64,000 bases of DNA from Candidatus Curtissbacteria bacterium (GCA_030647775.1 JAUSJC010000010.1:136718-200717), one strand, 5' to 3'. Positions 31,064 through 40,402 are shown, numbered from the stretch's first letter. Notes: a model not told the origin generated them from the letters alone. Numbers and translations are program-made.

Positions 31064-31183
31064 ATGATCGAAATACAAGAATCAAAACTAAAATTAAATT
31101 TGGATCTGGCTTTGCCAGGACAAATTTTTCCGATGAAAGGAGAGGGAATACTAAGGGAGAACCTTGGTGCTCCCTTAGAGTAA
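31064..31183 (+). repeat. Two-hairpin spacer unit B, carrying a 39-aa micro-ORF that abuts rpsM
   Basis: Similar to 30818-30941; TAA lies directly before the rpsM GTG. Confidence 0.7.
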
Positions 31184-31588
31184 GTGGCTAGAATAGCAGG
31201 AGTAGATTTACCAAACGAGAAAAGAATAGAAGCAGCCCTCCCATACATTTTTGGGATAGGGCCGACATTGGCAAAAAAAATACTGACCGATGCTGCTATT
31301 GATTCGAATAAAAGAACTAAGAATTTAACAGAAGAGGAACTGAATAAAATCCAAAGGGCTGTAGAAACTTATAAAGTCGAAGGAGACTTAAGACGCGAGA
31401 TTCAAGGTAACGTAAAAAGGCTACAAGAAATTGGAGCTTACCGTGGTACTCGGCATGCCAAAGGATTGCCGGCAAGGGGTCAAAGAACCAGAACCAATGC
31501 AAGGACAAAAAGAGGTAAAAGAGTAACAATTGGTACTGTCAGAAAAGACGTTGTGACAAAAGCTCCAGCGCCCGAGCCCAAAAAGTAA
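31184..31588 (+). CDS. rpsM: 30S ribosomal protein S13
   Basis: [22 protein letters not shown]. Confidence 0.99.
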   Translation: MARIAGVDLPNEKRIEAALPYIFGIGPTLAKKILTDAAIDSNKRTKNLTEEELNKIQRAVETYKVEGDLRREIQGNVKRLQEIGAYRGTRHAKGLPARGQRTRTNARTKRGKRVTIGTVRKDVVTKAPAPEPKK

Positions 31589-31595
31589 ATAGAAA

Positions 31596-31994
31596 ATGGA
31601 TAAAAAAATAGTATCTAAAAATAATCGTCAGAAAAAAGAAGCCAAAAAGTTTTCGCACGCAAAAGCTTTTGTGACTGCCACATTTAACAATACTCTTGTT
31701 AATGTGACCGATCCAAACGGAGAGACTCTGGTTTGGGGAACAGCAGGCGCGTCCGGTTTTAAAGGTGCCAGAAAAGCAACTCCATATGCGGCAACTACTG
31801 CTGTTGAAACCGTTGCAAAAAAAATAAAGGAAAAAGGTATTTCAAGTATTGAAATTTACATAAAAGGTCCAGGTCCCGGAAGAGATGCCGCAATCCGAGC
31901 CTTTAAATCTGCCGGTCTTGAAATAACGGCAATTGCCGATGTAACCCCGATTCCGCATAATGGTCCAAGGGCATCAAAAAGGAGGAGAGTCTAA
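31596..31994 (+). CDS. rpsK: 30S ribosomal protein S11
   Basis: TFNNT, KATPYAA, DVTPIPHNG. Confidence 0.99.
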   Translation: MDKKIVSKNNRQKKEAKKFSHAKAFVTATFNNTLVNVTDPNGETLVWGTAGASGFKGARKATPYAATTAVETVAKKIKEKGISSIEIYIKGPGPGRDAAIRAFKSAGLEITAIADVTPIPHNGPRASKRRRV

Positions 31995-31995
31995 A

Positions 31996-32604
31996 ATGGC
32001 GCGTTATACTGGTCCAAAGCATAGACAATGCAGGGCAGAAGGTGTAGCTATTTGCGGCCTTCCAAATTGTCCTGTCACCAAAAAAAATGCCGGGCCTCCG
32101 GGTCAACATGGACCAAAGGGTCGAAGAAAACTCTCGGAATACGGAATCCAGCTTAGGGAAAAACAAAAAGTAAAAAGAATGTATGGAACTTTAGAGAAGC
32201 AATTCCGCAAATATTATAAAATTGCAGCCAGAAAAAAAACGGCGACCGGTGAGACCATGCTTTCTCTTTTAGAGACTCGCCTTGACAATGTCGTCTATCG
32301 TCTCGCTCTTGCCAGAACCAGAACCCAAGCCAGACAACTTGTTTCCCATGGGCACGTTTTGGTTAACGGGAAAATGGTTACAATCCCTTCATTTAATGTT
32401 AAAATTGGTGACATCATTTCGTTTTCTGCCAAAGCTGCCAACCTCGATTTCATAAAAAAACTGTCAGAGGAAAATAAAGACGCCAAAATGCCCTCTTGGC
32501 TTGAAAAAAATGCGCTTGTTGGTAAAGTTCGCGACTTTCCCAAAAGAGAAGATATCGATATAGAAATTAATGAAAAGCTAATTGTTGAATATTACTCAAG
32601 ATAA
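31996..32604 (+). CDS. rpsD: 30S ribosomal protein S4
   Basis: MARYTGP, QLREKQK, LETRLDN, ARQLVSHGH. Confidence 0.99.
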   Translation: MARYTGPKHRQCRAEGVAICGLPNCPVTKKNAGPPGQHGPKGRRKLSEYGIQLREKQKVKRMYGTLEKQFRKYYKIAARKKTATGETMLSLLETRLDNVVYRLALARTRTQARQLVSHGHVLVNGKMVTIPSFNVKIGDIISFSAKAANLDFIKKLSEENKDAKMPSWLEKNALVGKVRDFPKREDIDIEINEKLIVEYYSR

Positions 32605-32619
32605 AGGAGGTGAAAATAA

Positions 32620-33540
32620 ATGCTTGATTTATCACAGGTTGAAATACAAACAGAAAAAGAGACAGCCGATTTTGGAAAGTTCATCATAGAACCTCTAGAT
32701 CAGGGTTACGGTCACACAATCGGTAATGCTCTCAGGAGGGTGCTTTTAAGCTCTTTACCGGGTGCTGCTATTACTCAGCTAAAAATAGCCGGAGTTAGAC
32801 ATCAATTTTCGGGAGTGGCAGGTATGTCGGAAGATATCGTCGAACTTATTTTAAATCTTAAAAAAGTCAGACTGCAAATTACCGAAGACAAGCCTGTTAA
32901 ATTGAACTTGGAAGTTAAAGGCCCAAAAGTTGTTACAGCAGGAGATATCGAAAAAGCAGCCGGTTGCCAAATTGTTAACCCAAGTCTGGTAATTGCGCAT
33001 CTTGCCGATTCAAAGGCAAAGCTTAGCGCACGATTGGTGGCTGAAGCCGGCAGTGGTTATTCACTTGCTGAAGAAAGGAAAACTGACGAAATTGGAGTAA
33101 TTCCAATTGATGCTAATTTTTCGCCGATAATCCACGCTAATTACAAGGTTGAGGCAACCCGCGTTGGCAGACTTACCAATTACGATAAGTTAACTCTAGA
33201 AATAACAACTGACGGAACGATTAAACCGTCCGATGCCCTGAAATCTGCGGCAAAGATTTTGGTTGATTACTTTACAACCATTCGTGAGCCGCAAGTAGTC
33301 GGGAGAAAAGAAAAAGCGCCAAAAGCCGTCCCGCCTTCTGATGAACTGCTAAAAACTTCTCTTGAAGAGTTAGACCTTCCCGTAAGACTTACAAACAGTC
33401 TTAAAACCGGCAAGATCGAAACGATAGGAGATTTCTTGAACAGAGACAAGAAAGATCTTCTAAAAATGAAGAACATGGGTCCAAAATCGATCACCCAGGT
33501 AGAAGAAAAACTTAGGGAGAGGGGAGTTGAAGTAAAGTGA
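32620..33540 (+). CDS. rpoA: RNA polymerase alpha subunit
   Basis: EPL..GYGHTIGNALRRVLLSS, DANFSP, C-terminal domain present. Confidence 0.99.
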   Translation: MLDLSQVEIQTEKETADFGKFIIEPLDQGYGHTIGNALRRVLLSSLPGAAITQLKIAGVRHQFSGVAGMSEDIVELILNLKKVRLQITEDKPVKLNLEVKGPKVVTAGDIEKAAGCQIVNPSLVIAHLADSKAKLSARLVAEAGSGYSLAEERKTDEIGVIPIDANFSPIIHANYKVEATRVGRLTNYDKLTLEITTDGTIKPSDALKSAAKILVDYFTTIREPQVVGRKEKAPKAVPPSDELLKTSLEELDLPVRLTNSLKTGKIETIGDFLNRDKKDLLKMKNMGPKSITQVEEKLRERGVEVK

Positions 33541-33995
33541 GACATCAGGTTTTCGGAAGAAAGCTCAACCGCGATATAAATTCGCGAAGGGCTCTAGCTT
33601 CCAACCTTGCTAGTTCTCTGCTAGTTGAGGGTCATATTATAACGACTTTGGCAAAGGCAAAATTCGTAAAGGTTTTTGCCGAAAAGTTAATTACTGATGC
33701 TAAAAGAACGAGCCTTCATACAAGAAGGTCTATTGCTTCGCGGCTCACGCACAAAGCATTTATCAGATTAATCACCGAAATTAGTCCAGGATTTGCAGGT
33801 CGCGAAGGGGGGTATACCAGGATTATTAAGTTGTCTACACGTCTTGGGGATTCTGCGCCAATGGCCAGAATCGAAATTTTAGAGTGGGATAAATCGAAAA
33901 GCATCACACTGACAAAAACGGCTAAACCGGCCAAGAAAGCCGCATCAAAGATCAAGCCCGCGCCAAAGAAGATAACAAAAATCGTAAAAAGATGA
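33537..33995 (+). CDS. rplQ: 50S ribosomal protein L17
   Basis: MRH...RKL.R, ITTLAKAK, GGYTRI. Confidence 0.98.
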   Translation: MRHQVFGRKLNRDINSRRALASNLASSLLVEGHIITTLAKAKFVKVFAEKLITDAKRTSLHTRRSIASRLTHKAFIRLITEISPGFAGREGGYTRIIKLSTRLGDSAPMARIEILEWDKSKSITLTKTAKPAKKAASKIKPAPKKITKIVKR

Positions 33996-34432
33996 AAAAC
34001 CAAAAGTCGAAGACACTGACCAAAGTGGAAGTGCAAAATAATCAGGCTAAGGCTTGGTATCTTTTTGATGCAAAGTCTAAAGTTCTAGGCAGATTGGCAA
34101 GCGAAATCGCTTCAATTTTGAGTGGCAAAAATAAAGTTGACTACGTGCCTTATTTGGATAAAGGGGATTTTGTAGTTGTAATCAACGCCAAAGAGATTAA
34201 AGTTTCCGGTAAAAAAGAAAGCCAGAAATTATATTATCGGCATTCAGGCTACCCCGGTGGTTTAAAAAGTAAAAGCGTCCAAGATACAAGAGAAGAGCAG
34301 CCGGAACAATTAATAAGACATGCGGTAGTAGGCATGTTGCCCAGGAATCGTCTTGCTCGTCAAATGGTAAAGAAGCTTTATGTTTTCTCCGGGAAAGATC
34401 ATCCTTATCAGGATAAATTCTTAAAAAACTAA
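33992..34432 (+). CDS. rplM: 50S ribosomal protein L13
   Basis: LGRLAS, GDFVVVINA, HSGYPGG, GMLP. Confidence 0.99.
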   Translation: MKNQKSKTLTKVEVQNNQAKAWYLFDAKSKVLGRLASEIASILSGKNKVDYVPYLDKGDFVVVINAKEIKVSGKKESQKLYYRHSGYPGGLKSKSVQDTREEQPEQLIRHAVVGMLPRNRLARQMVKKLYVFSGKDHPYQDKFLKN

Positions 34433-34434
34433 TC

Positions 34435-34857
34435 ATGGAAGAACAAAAGACTACCACTGGCAAAACAAGTCAAAATTACGTAAGCGCTCACGGCAGAAGG
34501 AAAGAAGCATCTGCCAGAGTCCGCTTATTTAAAGGCAAAGGAGATAATCTGATAAACAGCAAACCTATGTCTACTTTTTTCCCTTCCGTCGTTTCTCAAA
34601 TCCGGCTTAATAAGGTTTTTGAGTTAACAAGGACTTCAGGCAAGTATTACGCAACAGTTACTGTTAAAGGATCCGGTAAAAACTCACAGCTCGAAGCTGT
34701 TATTCATGGTTTGGCAAGAGCGCTGGCCACAGTCGAAGGACTTAGATCGATTGTTAAAAAAGCAGGAATGCTAACTCGCGACGCGCGGGTTAAAGAACGC
34801 CGCAAATACGGCCTCGCCCAAAAAGCCCGCAAAGGCAAGCAGAGTCCAAAACGCTAG
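34435..34857 (+). CDS. rpsI: 30S ribosomal protein S9
   Basis: GRRKEASARV, LTRDAR.KERRKYG..KARK. Confidence 0.99.
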   Translation: MEEQKTTTGKTSQNYVSAHGRRKEASARVRLFKGKGDNLINSKPMSTFFPSVVSQIRLNKVFELTRTSGKYYATVTVKGSGKNSQLEAVIHGLARALATVEGLRSIVKKAGMLTRDARVKERRKYGLAQKARKGKQSPKR

Positions 34858-34927
34858 TTTTGCACGATGTCCTGAGTTCATCGAAGGACAATCACCAAAG
34901 CGATAAGTTCCTCTGCTAGTTTCTGAA

Positions 34928-34957
34928 AATAAGTTCCCACATAGTCAACCAGGCCAG
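34928..34957 (+). repeat. Imperfect direct repeat left of the 2H gene; partner at 35557-35587
   Basis: aataagttcc.a.atagtcaaccag(t)gccag. Confidence 0.8.
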
Positions 34958-35010
34958 CTTTTTTAGGTATGCGCAGTGTACGATATTGGAACTCTTGATA
35001 TACTTTAGAT

Positions 35011-35547
35011 ATGCAAATAGGTATTGGAATACTTTTGGAAGAAGATGCTTATAATTACGCTCGAGATTTAGAGTTAAAGATATCCAACCAATTCAACACT
35101 AAAGATGGGTTAAGACAACCACCCCATGTAACGATTAAGCCTCCTTTTGAGGTTAGTTCACTCGAACCATTCATTAGTTATTTTGATACATTGGTTAAGT
35201 CTATTAAGCCTTTCGAATTAGAATTGGGCGGTATAGATTCTTTTGCTCCAAGTGTGATTTATATAAAAGTTACAGAAAACCCAGATCTTGAAAACTTGCA
35301 TTTAAAAATACTTGATGAACTGGAAGAACAATTCGACATTAAACCAAATCAATTTGAAGCAAAAGGGTATGCATTTCATTCAACATTAGCGATGGGTGAT
35401 TTGTCCCAAGATAAGTATGCTAAGGCAATGGAATATTTACAAAAGGAGAATAAATCTTTTAAGTTTAAGTTCACCACGATAGGATTGTTTTATCTGTTTG
35501 AAGAAAAAGATTGGATAGTTATTAGGGTTGGAAAAGTTAAAGGTTAA
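35011..35547 (+). CDS. 2H phosphoesterase (2'-5' RNA ligase-like family)
   Basis: Two HxT motifs: PHVTI and FHSTL. Confidence 0.88.
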   Translation: MQIGIGILLEEDAYNYARDLELKISNQFNTKDGLRQPPHVTIKPPFEVSSLEPFISYFDTLVKSIKPFELELGGIDSFAPSVIYIKVTENPDLENLHLKILDELEEQFDIKPNQFEAKGYAFHSTLAMGDLSQDKYAKAMEYLQKENKSFKFKFTTIGLFYLFEEKDWIVIRVGKVKG

Positions 35548-35613
35548 TGTTGGAGTAATAAGTTCCTAAATAGTCAACCAGTGCCAGTCCTAATTTAACC
35601 TCAAAGACAGATG

Positions 35614-35684
35614 TCGGGGAGGGGAGAATCGAACTCCCGATACTGCACCCCCAGCGCAGTGTGTTACCACTATACTACTCCCCG
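35614..35684 (-). tRNA. tRNA-Pro (GGG); CCA not encoded
   Basis: Cloverleaf: CGGGGAG/CTCCCCG acceptor, CTGCG-CTGGGGG-TGCAG anticodon arm, GGGAG-TTCGATT-CTCCC T arm. Confidence 0.95.
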
Positions 35685-35788
35685 GTAAATATCCTTAATC
35701 GATAGCAGATCAACAATCGATAGAAAGTATTATATATCGTCTCGATTAATCAACCAATTATTGACGATCAATGTATAATTAATTAGAC

Positions 35789-35810
35789 TACGATAATACG
35801 TATTATCGTA
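35789..35810. promoter_or_regulatory. Perfect 22-bp palindrome, candidate operator; related copy at 36259-36284
   Basis: tacgataatacgtattatcgta lies between TATAAT (35774-35779) and the ATG. Confidence 0.55.
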
Positions 35811-35819
35811 TCAAGAAAG

Positions 35820-36254
35820 ATGGCACAAGTTTCTAAATACCCATTAAACAAAGAAACACAAACGAGATTATATAAACTCCTCTGGCAAGCTATTGTTGCC
35901 CTTAAAGAACCTATCGAAACCGAAGAATTTTTTAATGACCTTTTAACTTCAACAGAAAAGATTATGCTCGCCAAAAGATTAGCGATAGCAGTAATGCTAA
36001 TTAGAGGCTATGATTACGAATCCATAAGAGCGCATCTAAGAGTTAGCCCTGGAACAATTAACTCTGTCTCTACATGGTTAAAATATTCTGGAAGCGGTTA
36101 TAAGGCGACTGTTGAAAGACTATTGAAAAAAGAGAAAGTGGATAATGTATTTGCAAGCATCGAAACCGCCCTAAAAGTTATCAAGCCTGAAAAAACAATT
36201 AGCCGTGCTCTTGCTAAAGGTTATCCCGAGCCAAAAAGAAAAGAACCTTTTTAA
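35820..36254 (+). CDS. TrpR-like YerC/YecD family HTH protein
   Basis: FFNDLLT.TE..MLAKRL.IA.ML..G..Y..I...L.VS..TI. Confidence 0.88.
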   Translation: MAQVSKYPLNKETQTRLYKLLWQAIVALKEPIETEEFFNDLLTSTEKIMLAKRLAIAVMLIRGYDYESIRAHLRVSPGTINSVSTWLKYSGSGYKATVERLLKKEKVDNVFASIETALKVIKPEKTISRALAKGYPEPKRKEPF

Positions 36255-36354
36255 TAACACTACGATGATACGAATCATCGTAGTAGAAATTACTGTATTG
36301 TAATTAGTTGTAGTGTGTAGTAAAAATAGCAATTGTTAAGCCCTACTAACCTTC

Positions 36355-37422
36355 ATGAGTTCTGACGCAAAAAAGCAAGCAATACTAACTGCCATTTCCC
36401 AAATCGAAAAAGCCTACGGCAAAGGCTCCATCATGAAAATGGGGGAATCGCTCGGCAAATTTGATGTTGATGTCCTGTCGACCGGTATTGTTCCGGTTGA
36501 TCTGGCACTCGGGGTTGGTGGGCTTCCCCGCGGACGTATTATCGAAATCTTCGGGCCGGAAGCTTCCGGCAAGACTTCGCTATCTCTTTCAATTATTGCC
36601 GAGGCGCAAAAAACCGGCGGTAGCGCTGCCCTAATTGATGCCGAGCATGCCCTGGACCCGGTCTGGGCCGAAAAAGTTGGAGTTAATTTAGAAGATTTGT
36701 TAATCTCTCAACCCGATACCGGTGAACAGGCGCTCGAGATTACCGAGACCTTAATTCGCTCCGGCGCCATCGATGTCATCGTCATCGATTCCGTTGCCGC
36801 CCTCGTGCCCCGTGCCGAAATCGAAGGCGAAATGGGAGATTCAATGATGGGCGTCCAGGCGCGTCTTATGTCCCAAGCCCTTCGAAAATTAACAGGCGCC
36901 ATTTCCAAATCAAAGACCGTTGCCATATTCACAAACCAGCTCAGGGAAAAAATCGGTGTCATGTTTGGTAACCCGGAAGTTACCCCCGGCGGCCGTGCCC
37001 TTAAATTCTACTCATCAGTCCGCTTAGATATTAGAAAAATTGACAATATTAAAGAAGGCGACAAAGTTACCGGGAGTCGCCATCGGGTAAAAGTTGTTAA
37101 AAACAAAGTCGCTCCGCCATTTAGGATTGCCGAGTTTGATATTATGAACGAAGAAGGTATTTCCAGAGAAGGCGGCCTTTTGGACGTTGGAGTGGAACTT
37201 GGGATTATCGGCAAATCCGGCGCCTTTTACCGTTGGGGGACAAAATTGATCGGACAAGGCAAAGAAAGCGCCAAAGAATATCTTAAAGAACATAAAAAAG
37301 AAGCAGCTGCACTGGAAAAAGAAATTTGGGTGAAAGCCAAAAAAGGCTTAAGCGCAAAACCTGTTAAAGTAGTTACAGACGATGAAGACGAAGAAGAAAT
37401 ACTAGAAGCAGCTGCAGTTTAA
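36355..37422 (+). CDS. recA: Recombinase RecA
   Basis: [28 protein letters not shown]. Confidence 0.99.
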   Translation: MSSDAKKQAILTAISQIEKAYGKGSIMKMGESLGKFDVDVLSTGIVPVDLALGVGGLPRGRIIEIFGPEASGKTSLSLSIIAEAQKTGGSAALIDAEHALDPVWAEKVGVNLEDLLISQPDTGEQALEITETLIRSGAIDVIVIDSVAALVPRAEIEGEMGDSMMGVQARLMSQALRKLTGAISKSKTVAIFTNQLREKIGVMFGNPEVTPGGRALKFYSSVRLDIRKIDNIKEGDKVTGSRHRVKVVKNKVAPPFRIAEFDIMNEEGISREGGLLDVGVELGIIGKSGAFYRWGTKLIGQGKESAKEYLKEHKKEAAALEKEIWVKAKKGLSAKPVKVVTDDEDEEEILEAAAV

Positions 37423-37424
37423 AC

Positions 37425-38081
37425 GTGCCGCAAGTTACTGCTATCTCTCCCCAAAAGAAAAAATCCGGCCGGTTTAATTTATTCCTAGACGGAAAATTCG
37501 CTTTAGGAATTGAAGGCGAGACGCTTCTCGCCTCGGGTTTAAAAATCGGCAGAGTCTTAAGCGGGGAAGAAATTTCCAAAATTATCAAAAAAGAGCAAGG
37601 CACAAAACTTCTGGATCTGGCCACGAATTTTTTATCTTTTAGGCCCAGAAGCGAAAAAGAGGTCAGGGATTATTTAATTAAAAAAATATCGACCCGCGAG
37701 AACATCAAATTTTCCGAAGCCCGGGAAAGCCCGCTCATAGATCAGGTTATTGAAAAGCTCGCACGGTATAAATACCTGAATGATTTGGAATTTGCCAAGT
37801 GGTTCATGGCGTCGAGAACATCTTCTCACCCAAAGGGCTTGGCGCTTATAAAATTAGAGCTCAAAAGAAAAGGTATAACCCAGGAGATTATCGATAAAGT
37901 CTCCGCTTCTTCTTCAAATGAACGAGACTTAGCCAGAAGAGCAGTCGAAAAAAAGGTCAAAAGATGGCAAAACCTTCCGGTCTTGGAATTTAAAAAGAAG
38001 TTTTATCAATACCTGGCCAGTCGCGGTTTTGACTTTGATACTATCCGGGAAACATTTGCCTTTTTTACTAAAAAGAGCTAA
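37425..38081 (+). CDS. recX: RecX regulator
   Basis: LSFRPRSEKE, YLNDLEFA, YLASRGF; directly after recA. Confidence 0.92.
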   Translation: MPQVTAISPQKKKSGRFNLFLDGKFALGIEGETLLASGLKIGRVLSGEEISKIIKKEQGTKLLDLATNFLSFRPRSEKEVRDYLIKKISTRENIKFSEARESPLIDQVIEKLARYKYLNDLEFAKWFMASRTSSHPKGLALIKLELKRKGITQEIIDKVSASSSNERDLARRAVEKKVKRWQNLPVLEFKKKFYQYLASRGFDFDTIRETFAFFTKKS

Positions 38082-38211
38082 AATCAGAAAACCTGATGAT
38101 AACAGTAAGAAGGTAAATAAAGATTTAAGTGAAATATTTTCTTATAACTTTCTTCGAAAAAAACCTTAACCGCTAAGCGGTTTTTCTTCCTGTTCCATTC
38201 TCAGGGTCAAT

Positions 38212-39678
38212 ATGTTTGACACAAGACAAAAACCTCGTGATAGGCAAAAGGTAGTAGTATCTGTTGGATCACGTTCACTGTCCCAGGGCGATCAGGGCGC
38301 GCGCGAGGTCATTCAAGATGCTCGTGATGAGGCTTTCAAAATCAAGAAAGCTGCAGAAGAAGAAGCAAGGATTATTCGTGAAGAATCCTTGGAAATCGAA
38401 AAAAGAATCGCCCAGAAAGAGGATTCACTCGACCAAAAATCTTCCCAAATCACAAGACAAGAAAAGGAATTAGAAGAAACCATTACCACCTACAAGAAGC
38501 GGGACGTGGAACTTTCCAAAGTTAGAGAGGATCTCGTTAGAAAACTAGGAAAAATCTCGTCTCTGACCTCAGAAGAAGCCAAGAAATTGATCCTTGAAAA
38601 TTTAGACGGGGAGCTAAAAAGCGAAAAAGCCAAAAGGATCAAAGAGGCAGAAGAAGAAATTAAAGCAACGGCCCAGGAAAAAGGCCGTGAAATTTTAGTA
38701 AATTCCATGGTCGCCGGCGCCACAGACTGGGTTGCCGAGTATACTGTCTCCACGGTCAAGTTAGATTCGGAAGATATCAAAGGAAGAATCATCGGCAAGG
38801 AAGGCAGAAATATCAGGTCATTTGAACTGGCTACCGGCGTCGACGTAGACCTGGATAGTGATGTAGCCGGTGAGGTCCGCCTTTCTTCATTTGATGCGAT
38901 CCGCCGTGAAATTGCCAAAATTGCTTTGCAGTGGCTTGTTAAAGACGCCAGAATCCAGCCAACCAGAATTGAGCAGTTAGTAGAAAAAGCAAAAGAACTT
39001 ATCGAGAAAGATATGTCAGAAGCGGGTGCCAAAGCGGCCCATGAACTGGGTCTTTATAATCTGCCCCAGGAAGCATTGGATAGGCTTGGCCGTCTTAAAT
39101 TCCGTTATTCTTATGGCCAGAATCAATTAATTGCCTCCCTTGAAACCGGGAAGATTGCCAAAAAAATAGCCCAAGAAGTCGGGGCAGATCCAATTATCTG
39201 CGCTACCGGCGGCCTTTTCCATGATATTGGTAAGACCGAGATGGAAAAAGAAGGGACCCATGTAGAGTTGGGGGTGGAACTGGCCAAAAAATGGGGATTT
39301 CCGCAGGCAGTTATTAATTGTATTGCCCAACATCACGAAGACGAACCGTTTTCAGCTATCGAATCAATTGTCGTTCATTTAGGCGATGCCATTTCCGGTG
39401 CCAGGCCGGGCGCCCGCCATGAAGCGGTTGAAGATTACATCAAAAGGCTGACCGATATTGAAAACATCGCCGCATCTTTCACGGGTGTGGATAAGGCCTA
39501 CGCGATACAGGCCGGGCGCGAAGTAAGAGTAATTGTTAAATCAGACGTAATTGATGATGACGGTATAGTTACTCTCTCACACGAAATCCGCCAGAGGCTT
39601 GAAAAGGAACTCACTTATCCCGGCCAAATTACGGTCACAGTTATTCGTGAAACCAGAGCCGTCGATATCGCTAAATAG
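38212..39678 (+). CDS. rny: Ribonuclease Y
   Basis: KGRIIGKEGRNIR (KH domain), HDIGK, AIQAGREVRV. Confidence 0.96.
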   Translation: MFDTRQKPRDRQKVVVSVGSRSLSQGDQGAREVIQDARDEAFKIKKAAEEEARIIREESLEIEKRIAQKEDSLDQKSSQITRQEKELEETITTYKKRDVELSKVREDLVRKLGKISSLTSEEAKKLILENLDGELKSEKAKRIKEAEEEIKATAQEKGREILVNSMVAGATDWVAEYTVSTVKLDSEDIKGRIIGKEGRNIRSFELATGVDVDLDSDVAGEVRLSSFDAIRREIAKIALQWLVKDARIQPTRIEQLVEKAKELIEKDMSEAGAKAAHELGLYNLPQEALDRLGRLKFRYSYGQNQLIASLETGKIAKKIAQEVGADPIICATGGLFHDIGKTEMEKEGTHVELGVELAKKWGFPQAVINCIAQHHEDEPFSAIESIVVHLGDAISGARPGARHEAVEDYIKRLTDIENIAASFTGVDKAYAIQAGREVRVIVKSDVIDDDGIVTLSHEIRQRLEKELTYPGQITVTVIRETRAVDIAK

Positions 39679-39726
39679 GTCCCGAATTTACCCCAATTAT
39701 TTTTCCGAATAAATCCTAATTATACT

Positions 39727-39754
39727 TTGACAAAGACAGTTTTTAAGTTATAAT
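39727..39754 (+). promoter_or_regulatory. hup promoter inside a palindromic repeat
   Basis: TTGACA-N16-TATAAT. Confidence 0.7.
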
Positions 39755-39811
39755 TATGGATACCAATTTGGATAAATTCGGATAAAAAATTCGGATCAAT
39801 TAGGGTTATCA

Positions 39812-40084
39812 ATGACAAAAAACGAATTAGTAGAAAGAGTAGCTAAAAAAGTCGGCCTAACAAAAAAAACTTCCTATGAAGCTGTTAATACTGTTTTTGC
39901 CCAAATCAGGGAAGCGATGGCCAAAGGCGACAAAGTAGTAATCACAGGTTTTGGAACCTTTAAAGTAAGAACCAGGAATACCAGAGTAGGCCGAAATCCT
40001 CAAACAGGCTCATCGATCAAAATCCCCAGCCACAGGCTTGCCGGCTTCACCGCAGGCAAAACCCTCCGCAGGCTCATCAAATAG
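39812..40084 (+). CDS. hup: HU DNA-binding protein
   Basis: MTKNELV, GFGTF, GRNPQTG. Confidence 0.97.
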   Translation: MTKNELVERVAKKVGLTKKTSYEAVNTVFAQIREAMAKGDKVVITGFGTFKVRTRNTRVGRNPQTGSSIKIPSHRLAGFTAGKTLRRLIK

Positions 40085-40102
40085 TATATAAAGGAAGGAT
40101 CT

Positions 40103-40402
40103 TTAAGCAGCTTTCTTTTTCTTCTGACGTATGTTAAAAATGGTAACCCCAAAAGCACTGCTGTCTGGCCTTGCCAGATCAGTCATCGGTATTGGGATAT
40201 GACCACCACTAGCTTGTCTTTGAGGTCTAGAAACTACCAGAATTGTAGGTTCAAGAGATTCCCCTTCTATAACTACTTCAGAATCGGGAAGACCCGCAAT
40301 TTCGCGTCTTAAATCTGCAAGTGTAGCCTCAATAGCCTCATCAGAAGCAGAGGTTATTACAGTTTCCCCACCCAAGAACCTTTCTTTGTCGTGTTCTGGC
40401 AT
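40103..40402 (-). CDS. Hypothetical protein, 99 aa
   Basis: Only ORF in the gap; purine-rich upstream sequence. Confidence 0.55.
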   Translation of the reverse strand: MPEHDKERFLGGETVITSASDEAIEATLADLRREIAGLPDSEVVIEGESLEPTILVVSRPQRQASGGHIPIPMTDLARPDSSAFGVTIFNIRQKKKKAA

